51,366 nt of DNA from an uncultured Candidatus Saccharibacteria bacterium. GTDB taxonomy: Bacteria; Patescibacteriota; Minisyncoccia; UBA6257; 1-14-0-10-40-38. Shown here piece after piece: positions 42,859 to 51,366 of this stretch. The notes beneath the pieces are model-generated. The model made no database searches. It saw only the letters and a list, made by a program, of their open reading frames with translations, and was not told where the DNA came from. A program made the translations under genes and the position numbers. The stretch's first letter is position 1; each line of letters begins with the position of its first letter. The stretch spans positions 1 through 51,366 of the forward strand of contig CAYIWJ010000003.1 of assembly GCA_964367145.1 (NCBI GenBank), in the 5' to 3' direction.

Positions 42859-43716
42859 ATGAAAAGCAAAATCGTTGTCCTCTACCACGGGGATTGTCCC
42901 GATGGCTTTGGCGCCGCTTGGGCGGCCAAAAAAAAGTTTGGAACGCGCGCAGTTTATCTCCCGCTTCACTATGACAATTTAATTCCAGATGAAGTTAAGG
43001 GCGCCGAAGTTTATCTTTTGGATTTTGGCATTCATCAGGCTGAGCTAGAGATTATTGTCAAGCAAGCCGCCTCCTTTGTTTTTATTGACCACCACGAAAC
43101 CTCCAAAGCCCTGCTTCCATTGATTAAAAACAAATTCTTTGACACTAAGCACTCCGGTTCCGCTCTCGCCTGGAAATATTTTCATGGCTCCAAGCCGATT
43201 CCAAAACTTCTGCGCTTTGTCGAGATGCGCGACCTCTGGAAATTCAAAACCACCCGCGATTACTGGATCGCCGCCGCGCTGGAACTTTTACCTCACGACT
43301 TTCGCGCCTGGGATCAAATGGCGCGCGCTTTTGATAATTCTTCCGGTTTCAAAAAAGCGCTTGGCGAAGGCAAGGTATTATACGAAAAAACCCAAGCCCA
43401 AGTTAAAGATCTTTTAACCAGAGTTTCCGACGGAACTTTTGCCGGTTTAAGAGTCGGCATCCTTAATAGCTCCCTCCTTCAAGATCAAGCCGGTAGTGAA
43501 ATCGTCTCTCGTGGTTACGACGCGGCTGTAATCTGGTATGCTACATCAGATGGCGTGAAAGTTTCTCTGCGCGGTCAGGGTCGGGCTGATCTCTCTAAAA
43601 TCGCCGCGAGTTACGGCGGTGGAGGGCATTCAAATGCCTCCGGTTTCCGCATGAAGGAAGAAATCGCGTTTCCTTGGCAATATACGCACAAAGCAGTTCT
43701 ATGGGAAAAACAGTAA
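42859..43716 (+). CDS. DHH/DHHA1 family phosphoesterase
   Basis: HGDCPDG, FIDHHETS (DHH) and GGGHSNASG (DHHA1) motifs. ATG 42859 chosen inside ORF 42706..43716. Confidence 0.7.
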   Translation: MKSKIVVLYHGDCPDGFGAAWAAKKKFGTRAVYLPLHYDNLIPDEVKGAEVYLLDFGIHQAELEIIVKQAASFVFIDHHETSKALLPLIKNKFFDTKHSGSALAWKYFHGSKPIPKLLRFVEMRDLWKFKTTRDYWIAAALELLPHDFRAWDQMARAFDNSSGFKKALGEGKVLYEKTQAQVKDLLTRVSDGTFAGLRVGILNSSLLQDQAGSEIVSRGYDAAVIWYATSDGVKVSLRGQGRADLSKIAASYGGGGHSNASGFRMKEEIAFPWQYTHKAVLWEKQ

Positions 43717-44126
43717 CAATTTTTACCGACGGCGGCGCGCGCGGCAACCCCGGACCAGCGGCCTCCGGATTTACGATTGACGGCCGCGGTTATGCCAAGA
43801 TTTTAGGCGAGACGACTAATAACGTCGCCGAATATATGGCGGTAATTTTGGCGCTCAAAAAAGCTAAGCAATTATTCGGTTCTATCGCCAAAAAAGAAGT
43901 GGAGCTAATCATCAATACCGACAGCGAATTGTTATACAAGCAAGCTTTAGGAGAATACAAAATTAAAGAACCGGAATTACAAAAATTATTCGTTGAGGTC
44001 TGGAATCTTCGGCAGGATTTTAAAAAAGTCAGTTTTGTGAAAGTTCCTCGCGAGGAAAACAAGGCCGCTGATCGGATGGTCAATCTGGCGCTTGATGGCG
44101 CGCTTCCGCCGGAATCCGCGGTTTAA
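43701..44126 (+). CDS. rnhA: ribonuclease HI
   Basis: TDGGARGNPGPAA, NNVAEY, NTDSE and AADRM carry the D-E-D-D catalytic residues. Overlaps the upstream gene by 16 nt. Confidence 0.85.
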   Translation: MGKTVTIFTDGGARGNPGPAASGFTIDGRGYAKILGETTNNVAEYMAVILALKKAKQLFGSIAKKEVELIINTDSELLYKQALGEYKIKEPELQKLFVEVWNLRQDFKKVSFVKVPREENKAADRMVNLALDGALPPESAV

Positions 44127-44143
44127 CCAAAATAGTTTTCTTC

Positions 44144-44179
44144 AAAAACCCAACGCCCCACATTTCTGCGGGGCGTTGG
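44144..44179 (-). terminator. rho-independent terminator for rnpB (minus strand)
   Basis: Stem CCAACGCCCC/GGGGCGTTGG, followed by GGTTTTT on the minus strand. Confidence 0.7.
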
Positions 44180-44605
44180 TCGCTCATTGGCTGTAAGCCG
44201 GATTCTGTAACTAGCCTCATCGGCTAGCGGTGATTATCTATCTAGGCCGCCGCTCTCGCGGCGGCTCAAGCGATTCTTTCCGACCCATTTGGCATCGGAA
44301 CACGATCTTGCACTCGGTAAGGATTTAGCCGTTGCACCTCCGCTTTGTTTCCCTATGGCGGAGCTAAACCTATTGCGCTGGGATGAAGGTTTCCCCGACC
44401 CTTTCGCGTCGGAGCGTCTCTGTTCGCACCTCGTGCCTTGCGGCAGGCGGCCGTTAGCTCCAGTCAAAGCTCCCTCGCTTCTTTCTGGAATTCGACTTGC
44501 GTCGAATCGCTACCATTTTTGATTCGTCGTTTGACGAAAAATAGTGTCCGGACTTTCCTCATCTCGCCCCTAAGGGCGGACGCAATCACCCGTCTCAATG
44601 AGCCT
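44180..44605 (-). ncRNA. rnpB: RNase P RNA, bacterial type A
   Basis: The minus strand carries GAGGAAAGUCCGGAC (P4 5' strand) and ACAGAAUCCGGCUUA (P4 3' strand). P1 pairs GCUCAUUG with CAAUGAGC. Internal GGGAAACC and GCGAAAGGG elements are present. Confidence 0.88.
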
Positions 44606-44610
44606 TGATT

Positions 44611-44638
44611 ACTTTACCACAATTTCAAATCCATGCAA
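44611..44638 (-). promoter_or_regulatory. promoter TTGCAT-N16-TGgTAAAGT for rnpB (minus strand)
   Basis: The -10 element ends 6 nt before the predicted P1 5' end. Confidence 0.5.
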
Positions 44639-44642
44639 TGTT

Positions 44643-44807
44643 TTATCGCTTCTCGGCGCATTTCTCAATGATAATGGGTGAAGCTATATTGCTTCTGGCG
44701 ATAAGATATCCCAAGGCCAAACTCGCCGCGCTCACGCCAGAAACCAAGGCCGCGATTAAAATAATTTTTTCATATTCACCAAACCACCAAAGTATTCTAC
44801 GCCACAT
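44643..44807 (-). CDS. small hypothetical membrane protein (54 aa)
   Basis: The internal ATG of ORF 44643..44912 lies 4 nt after the stop of the upstream gene. One clear TM helix (IILIAALVSGVSAASLALGYLIA). Confidence 0.4.
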   Translation of the reverse strand: MWRRILWWFGEYEKIILIAALVSGVSAASLALGYLIARSNIASPIIIEKCAEKR

Positions 44808-44811
44808 AAAA

Positions 44812-45531
44812 CTAAAAATTAAGAAACTCCTCCCATTTGCGGAATAATTCTCGGGTCGCCCGCAAATCGCCGATGTTATATCGCGCGATTTCCAGATATT
44901 TTTTTTGGGCAAAGAGTTTAGCCACGTCGTCTCCCGTTACACCTTCACTCTTGGGACTCTTAATGCCAAATGCTCGCGACCATAAATGTAGACTTCCTTT
45001 TTTACGCACCGCGCCCATAAACGAAAGTTGATCCAATAAATCAATATGAACCGCTTCGGCGTGTTGTTGATAAAGATACCTCCCCGCCATCAGATTTTTA
45101 CTCGGACGAATCCCATGGATTGCCGAACGAATCATCAAAAACGGCACGTCAAAGGCTCGCCCGTTAAAAGTGGCGAATAAGTTGTATTGTGCGGCAATCT
45201 CCCAAAATTTTTCCAGAATTTCGCGCTCGGGCATGGCCTCAAAGGTAATGCCATCCTCCTCAAAGTGCTCCACCTTTTTATGCGGTGACTGAAAATAAAC
45301 CCCGCCCTTCTCGCGGTCAATATCCAAAACTCCGACCGCCGCCACCTCTCCGGTGAGTGGCGAGAATCCCAAACCATTTTTAAGATCGGTCAGTGAACGA
45401 TGATATTCTTCCGCATCGCCGGCCTCGCGCTCAATCCAGTGAGTTAGCGATGACTTGGTGGTTTCATCCAAAGCATCAAAATCCTCGCCGATAGTTTCAA
45501 TATCAAGCACCAACCGCTTCTTAGTTGACAT
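44812..45531 (-). CDS. RNase H-fold 3'-5' exonuclease-like protein (YprB / PolB-exonuclease-like)
   Basis: LVLDIETIG (DxE) and FNGRAFDVPFL motifs. ATG 45531 chosen inside ORF 44812..45642. Confidence 0.65.
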   Translation of the reverse strand: MSTKKRLVLDIETIGEDFDALDETTKSSLTHWIEREAGDAEEYHRSLTDLKNGLGFSPLTGEVAAVGVLDIDREKGGVYFQSPHKKVEHFEEDGITFEAMPEREILEKFWEIAAQYNLFATFNGRAFDVPFLMIRSAIHGIRPSKNLMAGRYLYQQHAEAVHIDLLDQLSFMGAVRKKGSLHLWSRAFGIKSPKSEGVTGDDVAKLFAQKKYLEIARYNIGDLRATRELFRKWEEFLNF

Positions 45532-45614
45532 ATATATAGTATAGACTATAATGACGAGACTAAAAACATCGGAAAAAGGCTGGCACGAAAAATAAATTAG
45601 GACCCATATAATAC

Positions 45615-45893
45615 ATGGCCCATACCAAATCAGGTGGCTCAACTAAATTAGGCCGCGATTCCATTTCCAAGCGCCTAGGCGTTAAGGTTAATCACAATGA
45701 AGCCGTTGGTGCTGGAGAGATTATCCTGCGCCAGCGCGGGACTCGGTACTTGCCGGGAAAAAACGTCCGCCGCGCCGGTGATGATACTCTTTATGCCGTC
45801 GTCAATGGAACTGTAGCCTATAAGCAGGTTAAAAAGACTAAGTTTGACGGCAATCGCCGCTACGCCACTCGCATCAGCGTGGTCGGCCAGTAA
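45615..45893 (+). CDS. rpmA: 50S ribosomal protein L27
   Basis: MAHTKSGGSTKLGRDS..KRLGVK...G.IILRQRGT motif. Confidence 0.95.
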   Translation: MAHTKSGGSTKLGRDSISKRLGVKVNHNEAVGAGEIILRQRGTRYLPGKNVRRAGDDTLYAVVNGTVAYKQVKKTKFDGNRRYATRISVVGQ

Positions 45894-45930
45894 CTCTTTG
45901 TGCTTTCCAATTTTCGCCGTAGACTTCGGT

Positions 45931-46365
45931 TTATTTTTTCGTCTTACCGGTGAGGATCACCCTTATCTTTACTCGTGTTCCATATCCCAAATCAAGCTCC
46001 ACCACGTGTTCCCCAATTTTGCGCAAGGAATGCGTGAGTAAAACTTTTTGCACCAAAAAACCCCGAGTCGCAAGTTCTTGACTAATATCTTCCCCAGAAA
46101 CGCCACCGATCAGCTCACCGCCTTTTCCAGTTAAAACCTCAAATTGCAAAGTCAGTGAAGCTAGTTTTTTTGAGATCATGGCCGTCTTTTCCATTCTGAC
46201 GGTTTCCACAAACTCCGCTTCTTTCTTTTTTTGCATTGCTTCGACTGTGGCAACCGTGGCTAATCCTCGAGGCAGTAAAAAATTTCTGGCATAGCCGTCG
46301 GAAACGTTTTTTATCTCCGATCTTCGGCCAATCCCCTTCACGTCCTTCAGAAATAAAACTTGCAT
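45931..46365 (-). CDS. rplI: 50S ribosomal protein L9
   Basis: [36 protein letters not shown] motif. Confidence 0.92.
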   Translation of the reverse strand: MQVLFLKDVKGIGRRSEIKNVSDGYARNFLLPRGLATVATVEAMQKKKEAEFVETVRMEKTAMISKKLASLTLQFEVLTGKGGELIGGVSGEDISQELATRGFLVQKVLLTHSLRKIGEHVVELDLGYGTRVKIRVILTGKTKK

Positions 46366-46446
46366 AGGAATAAATTATAAACTATCGCCAAGCCAAAAAA
46401 CCTCAACCAATCAGTCATCCCCGCGCAAAAATAAGACAATTCGCCT

Positions 46447-47670
46447 TTATTTAATTAAACCCTTCAAAACTTCCAAGGCCTTTTCAAGCTGCGGATCTCT
46501 TCCGTCCTTGCTGTTTTCTTCGGTAATCTCCACCTCAAAATCCACCGGAATTCCAACTTTATCAATAAGTCCATCCTTGGGCGTCAGCCAATGAGCGATA
46601 GTCAGTTTAAGCTTGGAGCCGTCGCTCAGGGTTTGTAAGTCTTGTACGCTTCCTTTGCCAAAAGTCTTTTTGCCGACGAGAGGCGCCGCGCGCAAATCCC
46701 GCAAGGCTCCGGCCAAAATTTCTGAAGCCGAAGCGGAACCTTCGTTGACCAAAATTACCAGCGGCACTTCGGCAAAAGCGGCATTACCGGTGGCGCGAAA
46801 TTCTCGGCGCTCCTTAGAGCGAAACTCCTCGCTGGCCACCAACGAATCCTTTTTCAAAAACCAACCGGCCAAATTAACCGCTACATCCAAAAAGCCGCCG
46901 GGGTTATTGCGCATATCTAAAATAATCCCCTTGGGCGCGTTAAGCATTGAAGCCGAGGCTTCACGGAAAAATTCCTGCGGAGCGTTTTCGTTAAAATTAT
47001 AGAGTTGGATGTGAGCAATGCCATCGTTGCGATTCGTCCACTTAAGCGTCGGAATTCGGATGATTTCGCGGGTAATGGAAAAATCTTTTGGCTTTTCCCA
47101 AGCTTCGCGGAATATGGCAAGTAGAGCGGGAGTGCCAACGGGCCCGCGAATTTTAGTCACCGCGTCCTCAATTGTAATTCCATCGGTAAAAGTGTCGCCG
47201 ATTTTCAAAATTTTATCGCCCGACTTAAGCCCCGCCTTTTCCGCCGGCGAATCCTTAAGCGGCGCCACCACCACCAATTGATCTTTTTTAATACCGATTT
47301 CAGCCCCAATCCCGCCAAAGATACCCCGCAAATCTTGTTCAAACTTTTGCGAGATCGCGGGCTTGAGAAAAATCGTATGCGGGTCACCCAAGGCGTTGGT
47401 CAAACCGGAAACCGCGCCGTAGACCAAATCTTGGCTGTTGGCGTCCGCTCCGTTCAAGTGTTCGTTTTTTAACTTACCCCAAACTTCCCAAAAAATCTTA
47501 AAATCAGCCGGTGCCGCGGCATTCGCGCCGTTACTAACGCCGGTAACCACGATATTACCCGAATGGACTGTTCCAACTCTATAGCCGGAATAAAAAATTC
47601 CGCCGCTTAAAAACAATGCCGCAAGCGCGATTCCAATAAAAAGACGAATTGAGCGATGATTTTCAGTCAT
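46447..47670 (-). CDS. S41 family carboxyl-terminal processing peptidase
   Basis: PDZ segment (SPAEKAGLKSGDKILKIGD), GSASASEI and GKKTFGKGSVQ motifs. ATG 47670 chosen. Confidence 0.85.
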   Translation of the reverse strand: MTENHRSIRLFIGIALAALFLSGGIFYSGYRVGTVHSGNIVVTGVSNGANAAAPADFKIFWEVWGKLKNEHLNGADANSQDLVYGAVSGLTNALGDPHTIFLKPAISQKFEQDLRGIFGGIGAEIGIKKDQLVVVAPLKDSPAEKAGLKSGDKILKIGDTFTDGITIEDAVTKIRGPVGTPALLAIFREAWEKPKDFSITREIIRIPTLKWTNRNDGIAHIQLYNFNENAPQEFFREASASMLNAPKGIILDMRNNPGGFLDVAVNLAGWFLKKDSLVASEEFRSKERREFRATGNAAFAEVPLVILVNEGSASASEILAGALRDLRAAPLVGKKTFGKGSVQDLQTLSDGSKLKLTIAHWLTPKDGLIDKVGIPVDFEVEITEENSKDGRDPQLEKALEVLKGLIK

Positions 47671-47689
47671 GGAACCAAGTAGGACTACT

Positions 47690-48250
47690 TTACAATTCTT
47701 TTTCCCCAAATGCAAACCTCTGTAGGCTAAAATACTCCGGCTGATTATCTTCCGTTAAAGCAGATTCAAAAAGTTCCAATGTTTCGGCCTCAAAAGAAGC
47801 GACAAATGGAACCGGTGTAATATGCGCCGCCTCCGTAAGTCGCGCGAGAGTTACGTGTGGCCGAAGCTGATGAATGTCTGGTGCAAGCGGCAGACTCGCG
47901 GCAAGCACCTCCTCCTCTAAGAGTTTTTTAATCGGCGCCAAAACTTGGGCGGTTTTTGTTTCAGTCTCGATAGCAAGAACTCTGGGATTTTTTACCGGGT
48001 AGGTTGCTATTTTAGAAAACTCTATAAGCGGCGGCGAAAAAGTTTCGGCGGCCTTTTGCAGAGCCGCGATTATTGCGGGCAAAAATTCGTCCTCCTGGTA
48101 TCCCAAAAAAAGAATCGTTATATGCCAGAGCGAAGGATCTACGATTCTGCGTACGCCATAAACTTGCGGCCAGATTTTGTCTGTCTCCCGCTTAAGTCGG
48201 CGCTTAATATCTTCGGGCAAAGTCAAACCGATAAAAAGTCGTTTTTTCAT
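47690..48250 (-). CDS. thpR: RNA 2',3'-cyclic phosphodiesterase (2H phosphoesterase, ThpR/LigT)
   Basis: Two HxT motifs: HITILFLG and HVTLAR. Confidence 0.8.
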   Translation of the reverse strand: MKKRLFIGLTLPEDIKRRLKRETDKIWPQVYGVRRIVDPSLWHITILFLGYQEDEFLPAIIAALQKAAETFSPPLIEFSKIATYPVKNPRVLAIETETKTAQVLAPIKKLLEEEVLAASLPLAPDIHQLRPHVTLARLTEAAHITPVPFVASFEAETLELFESALTEDNQPEYFSLQRFAFGEKEL

Positions 48251-48334
48251 TTTCCAATATTCGTTTGCAAATTCGCGAGAGGCTCATTATTCGTCGATCT
48301 TTTTTCTGCCTCCTTCTGTTATACTTAAGCATAC

Positions 48335-48622
48335 ATGAAAGATCTTCGGGAAGCACCAGGTGAGTATTTGAGCAATCTTCGAGCTCGCTCCAAAAACACG
48401 CGCGTTACCACCTCGCATCAATTGATGGGCCTTATGATCGCTACAACCCTTCGCGATCTGGATCATCGGGCACTCTACATCAAACTTGCCAAAGAGGGCA
48501 ATCCTGATTATCTTTTAAGTCTCGCGAAAAGTATCGCCGAAAAACCGGACATCAAGAATCACGGCGCTTATTTTATGCGCTTAGTCCGCAAAAAAACCCC
48601 GCCTCGCGGAACTTCAGCATGA
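48335..48622 (+). CDS. hypothetical small protein
   Basis: 95-aa ORF. Its stop overlaps the def ATG (ATGA). Confidence 0.45.
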   Translation: MKDLREAPGEYLSNLRARSKNTRVTTSHQLMGLMIATTLRDLDHRALYIKLAKEGNPDYLLSLAKSIAEKPDIKNHGAYFMRLVRKKTPPRGTSA

Positions 48623-49173
48623 TCCCGTTGCGTCTCCAAGATATTTCGCCCAAAACCGAGATTTTAACCGTTGACGATAAACGCCAGGCGGAATTTTTGC
48701 ATCTCAAAACCGAACTGATAGATTTTAAGAAAATTGATCTCAAAGAACTCCAGCGCGTTGGCAAGATTATGCGGACCATCATGAAACGCGCTCGCGGTAT
48801 CGGGTTGTCGGCCAATCAAATTGGTCTCAACCTGCGTTTTTTTGTCGCCGAAGTTCCCGCCGAAGGTGGCGGCCGCCCAAAATTTTATTCCGTTATAAAT
48901 CCAACTTTGCGCTTAGACAAGGAGACTAAGGATTTAGATGAGGGTTGTTTGAGCGTTATCGGCGCTACGGGCTTGGTTACTCGCTCGGCCAAAGTTACGC
49001 TTAGTGGTTTTGATCTCAAGGGAAAACCAATTCGGATTAAAGCTTGGGGACTTTTGGCTCATATTTTTCAGCACGAAGTTGATCACCTCCACGGAACACT
49101 TTTTATTGATAAGGCGAAAAAGATTTATCTCCCGCCGGCCGAGGAACCCCTGATCTCCGAAGACGCAGTATGA
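48619..49173 (+). CDS. def: peptide deformylase
   Basis: GIGLSANQIG, EGCLS and HEVDHL motifs. Confidence 0.92.
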   Translation: MIPLRLQDISPKTEILTVDDKRQAEFLHLKTELIDFKKIDLKELQRVGKIMRTIMKRARGIGLSANQIGLNLRFFVAEVPAEGGGRPKFYSVINPTLRLDKETKDLDEGCLSVIGATGLVTRSAKVTLSGFDLKGKPIRIKAWGLLAHIFQHEVDHLHGTLFIDKAKKIYLPPAEEPLISEDAV

Positions 49174-50048
49174 AACTGAATTATTGTTTTTTTGGCAGTC
49201 CCAGATTCGCGGAAATAATTTTGCAGGAACTGGTTCGCGCTGGTCATCCTCCGCTGGCGCTCGTCTGTAATCCAGATCGGGTTGCCGGCAAACACCGCGA
49301 ACTAACCGCGCCGACCACTAAGCAATTTACATTGACCGAAAAACTAACTTTTCCCATCTTCCAGTCGGAACGCCCCGAGGAAATTATTAACGAACTAACG
49401 GAACTAAAAGCGGATTTTTTCCTTGTCGCCGCCTATGCCAGAATAATTCCAGCCAGCGTTTTTGGACTTCCACGTCACGGTTCGGTTGGTGTTCATCCGT
49501 CACTCTTGCCTCGCCACCGAGGATCCTCTCCTATTCAGCAAGCCATACTTTCCGGTGATACGGAGACTGGCGTTACGCTCTATGCCCTGGACGCCAAAAC
49601 CGATCACGGCCCGACAATTTCTCTCCGCTCCTTGTCTATTGAGCCTAGTGATGACTATATCGCGCTCGAAACCAAACTCGCCCTAAGTGCCGCCGGCCTG
49701 ATTTTAGATTCAATCCCGCAATTTATATCTGGGAAAATAACGCCACAGGAACAGAATCACGGTCAGGCCACGATGACCAAAAAAATCACAACTGCCGAGG
49801 CCTATGTTCCACCGGATAAAGTTTGCGACGCGTTAACCAAAACCGGTGAAGCCGCCCAAGTATTAGATCGTCTAGTACGCGCCCTAAATCCCGAGCCCGG
49901 CGTCTGGACTATGGGTACACCGGAACTCGTCGCCCACAAGTTCATCGACAAAAAACGAGTCAAAATTCTCAAGGGATTTCTGCGAAACGGCATCTTTGTT
50001 CCGCGCCTTCTCCAGGTTGAAGGAAAAAAACCCGTGATTGTGAATTGA
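49170..50048 (+). CDS. fmt: methionyl-tRNA formyltransferase
   Basis: FFGSPRFA and VHPSLLPRHRGSSPIQ motifs. Overlaps def by 4 nt. Confidence 0.9.
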   Translation: MKLNYCFFGSPRFAEIILQELVRAGHPPLALVCNPDRVAGKHRELTAPTTKQFTLTEKLTFPIFQSERPEEIINELTELKADFFLVAAYARIIPASVFGLPRHGSVGVHPSLLPRHRGSSPIQQAILSGDTETGVTLYALDAKTDHGPTISLRSLSIEPSDDYIALETKLALSAAGLILDSIPQFISGKITPQEQNHGQATMTKKITTAEAYVPPDKVCDALTKTGEAAQVLDRLVRALNPEPGVWTMGTPELVAHKFIDKKRVKILKGFLRNGIFVPRLLQVEGKKPVIVN

Positions 50049-50215
50049 CATCAAAATAATCCACGACTAAAATAAAAAAAGTACTTTCGGGTAGGCACGG
50101 CCGTAAAAACGGCAACTCTCCGCGTCCATGCGAATCTCCACGGTGCTTCATCGTCCTTGGCACGGCTGTGTCTCAAAAGAGTTCGGAATGGAGTTTGGCT
50201 GACTCATTCCGGACA

Positions 50216-50249
50216 GGCGGGTTCTGACCACCAGAACCCGCCTTTTTTT
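50216..50249 (+). terminator. rho-independent terminator
   Basis: Stem GGCGGGTTCTG/CAGAACCCGCC followed by T7. Confidence 0.8.
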
Positions 50250-50266
50250 ATATCCCCAGCTTCTTC

Positions 50267-50863
50267 TTAACTCACCAATCGATATTCTTCTACGATCTTA
50301 TTCGCAAAATCCCAATCCAGATTTTTAAAAAAAGCTTCTAAATAATCCTTTCGCGCCACGCCATAATCCATAAAATAGGCGTGTTCATAAACATCAAGCA
50401 CTATTAAAGGTATCGCCCCCCAAACCGCGCCAACGTTATGCGCGTCCGCCGCGTAATTATGGAGCCTTCGGTCGCGATAGTCATAAGCCAATACCGCCCA
50501 GCCACGAGCGCAAATCCCCGTAGCCACCATATCTAACTTCCAGGCCTCAAGCGAACCAAAATCACGCTCAATCATTTTTACCAACTCGCCCTTTGGAGTG
50601 CCATCGCCTTTCAAATGGCCAAAATAAACTTCGTGAAGTTTGATGCCATTAACCGAGAAAGTCTCTTGTCGCTTTAATTCCCCTATAAAACTATAAGCTC
50701 CGTTCGCCTCGGTTTTGTCGGCCGATTCCAGTTTGGCTTGAATCTCGTTGGCTTTTTTCACATAACCCTCATAGAGCTTAACGTGTTCGGCAAGCATCTT
50801 GGCGCTCATGCCAACTACGCCATCCTTAAAATCAAATTTTTCCGGAGTTAAATCTTTTCTCAT
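50267..50863 (-). CDS. Fe/Mn superoxide dismutase
   Basis: HEVYFGH and DVYEHAYFMDYG motifs. Confidence 0.88.
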   Translation of the reverse strand: MRKDLTPEKFDFKDGVVGMSAKMLAEHVKLYEGYVKKANEIQAKLESADKTEANGAYSFIGELKRQETFSVNGIKLHEVYFGHLKGDGTPKGELVKMIERDFGSLEAWKLDMVATGICARGWAVLAYDYRDRRLHNYAADAHNVGAVWGAIPLIVLDVYEHAYFMDYGVARKDYLEAFFKNLDWDFANKIVEEYRLVS

Positions 50864-50918
50864 ATTTTTATTTTTATTTTATTGCTCCCCACCCATAAAT
50901 TATAGTTCGTAAATTAAA

Positions 50919-50947
50919 TAAAAAAAAGCGACCACCGAAGTAGTCGC
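50919..50947 (-). terminator. rho-independent terminator (minus strand)
   Basis: Minus strand reads GGCGACTACTTCGGTGGTCGC followed by T8, upstream of the SOD promoter region. Confidence 0.65.
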
Positions 50948-51300
50948 CTAAAGAAGTTAGGCGAGGAGAACACGCAAGTCGTCGTTTTAAAAAAAACAAA
51001 AACACAATCGTTCCCTCGCCCGACAAATAAGAAGAGGCCAAACATGTCCCTTTAAGTTGCCCTTCGGGAACAAATTGCCCATCGTCTAGGCCTCTTAAAT
51101 CTGGCGCGCGGAAAAAAACAGGGGTTAGTTAGTGACCTACGGCCACACCATGACTCTCGTCTCTTTCCGCGCTGAAACGGATGTTAACACATCAAGCCCA
51201 ACTTAGCAACTAGAGGAAGATTTTTCCATATAACAACCACCCGCATTCCACCAACCACACCCCAGCCAGGACACATTCCTTTCAAGGGGTTCCCTCTCCA

Positions 51301-51330
51301 TTGACAAACCGCCTACATATATAGTACAAT
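51301..51330 (+). promoter_or_regulatory. promoter TTGACA-N18-TACAAT reading out of the window
   Basis: Consensus hexamers at 51301-51306 and 51325-51330. Confidence 0.55.
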
Positions 51331-51366
51331 ATCCCCGTACCTTTAAAACCAACATAACCAAAGCCT

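Noticed and set aside
44234-44522. ORFs 44234..44467 (-) and 44289..44522 (+)
   Set aside because: They lie entirely within the RNase P RNA gene.
50197-50217. SRP RNA helix-8-like string on the minus strand
   Set aside because: The GGAA loop would be closed by a C-U mismatch, and the flanks prefer a different hairpin. The segment also overlaps a plus-strand terminator context. It is left as an unassigned region in the findings.
1-51366. CRISPR arrays, IS elements/transposases, integrases, tRNA/rRNA genes and alternative genetic code (UGA recoding)
   Set aside because: No spaced direct-repeat arrays were found. No DDE, serine or tyrosine recombinase motifs appear in any ORF. No T-arm GGTTCGA-type tRNA signatures were spotted. 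TGA terminates several well-supported genes (for example the amidohydrolase at 26341-26343), so the standard code applies. The tRNA scan was done by eye and could miss divergent genes.

Overview
Gene-dense 51.4-kb chromosomal segment that uses the standard genetic code (TGA, TAA and TAG all terminate long ORFs). Gene content and architecture look like a small-genome CPR/Patescibacteria (Parcubacteria-like) bacterium; this is an inference from content, not a database result. About 50 protein genes and a clear RNase P RNA can be supported. Housekeeping genes: secD, secF, efp, mnmA, dnaX, scpA, scpB, an S11 DD-carboxypeptidase, mraY, ftsW, murG, gltX, an M23 peptidase, ychF, pgk, rnhA, rpmA, rplI, an S41 protease, thpR, def, fmt and an Fe/Mn SOD. 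A DNA-uptake block carries a CobO-like P-loop gene followed by comEC split into a channel gene and an MBL gene. I found no tRNA, rRNA, CRISPR array, transposase or integrase. Most interesting: (1) two paralogous membrane-anchored VirD4/TraD-like P-loop translocase modules, one split into two genes (6333..9294) and one fused (35232..37532), neither with other T4SS or conjugation genes nearby. The fused copy lies in a co-directional string with an SF2 helicase that ends in five tandem ~68-aa HTH-like repeats. (2) A small accessory islet (31.4-34.2 kb) holds a PD-(D/E)XK nuclease and a GC3-rich self-contained cassette whose product is a paralog of native ORF 18098..18676. (3) A D-aminoacylase-like protein with degenerate catalytic residues is translationally coupled to ftsW, where murD normally sits. 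(4) Several terminator-bounded, helix-rich non-coding gaps could not be assigned, including a 6S-like rod at 10037..10196. (5) Recurrent TGnTATACT-N6/7-start arrangements imply leaderless mRNAs. All functional calls rest on motif recognition by eye; no searches were run.
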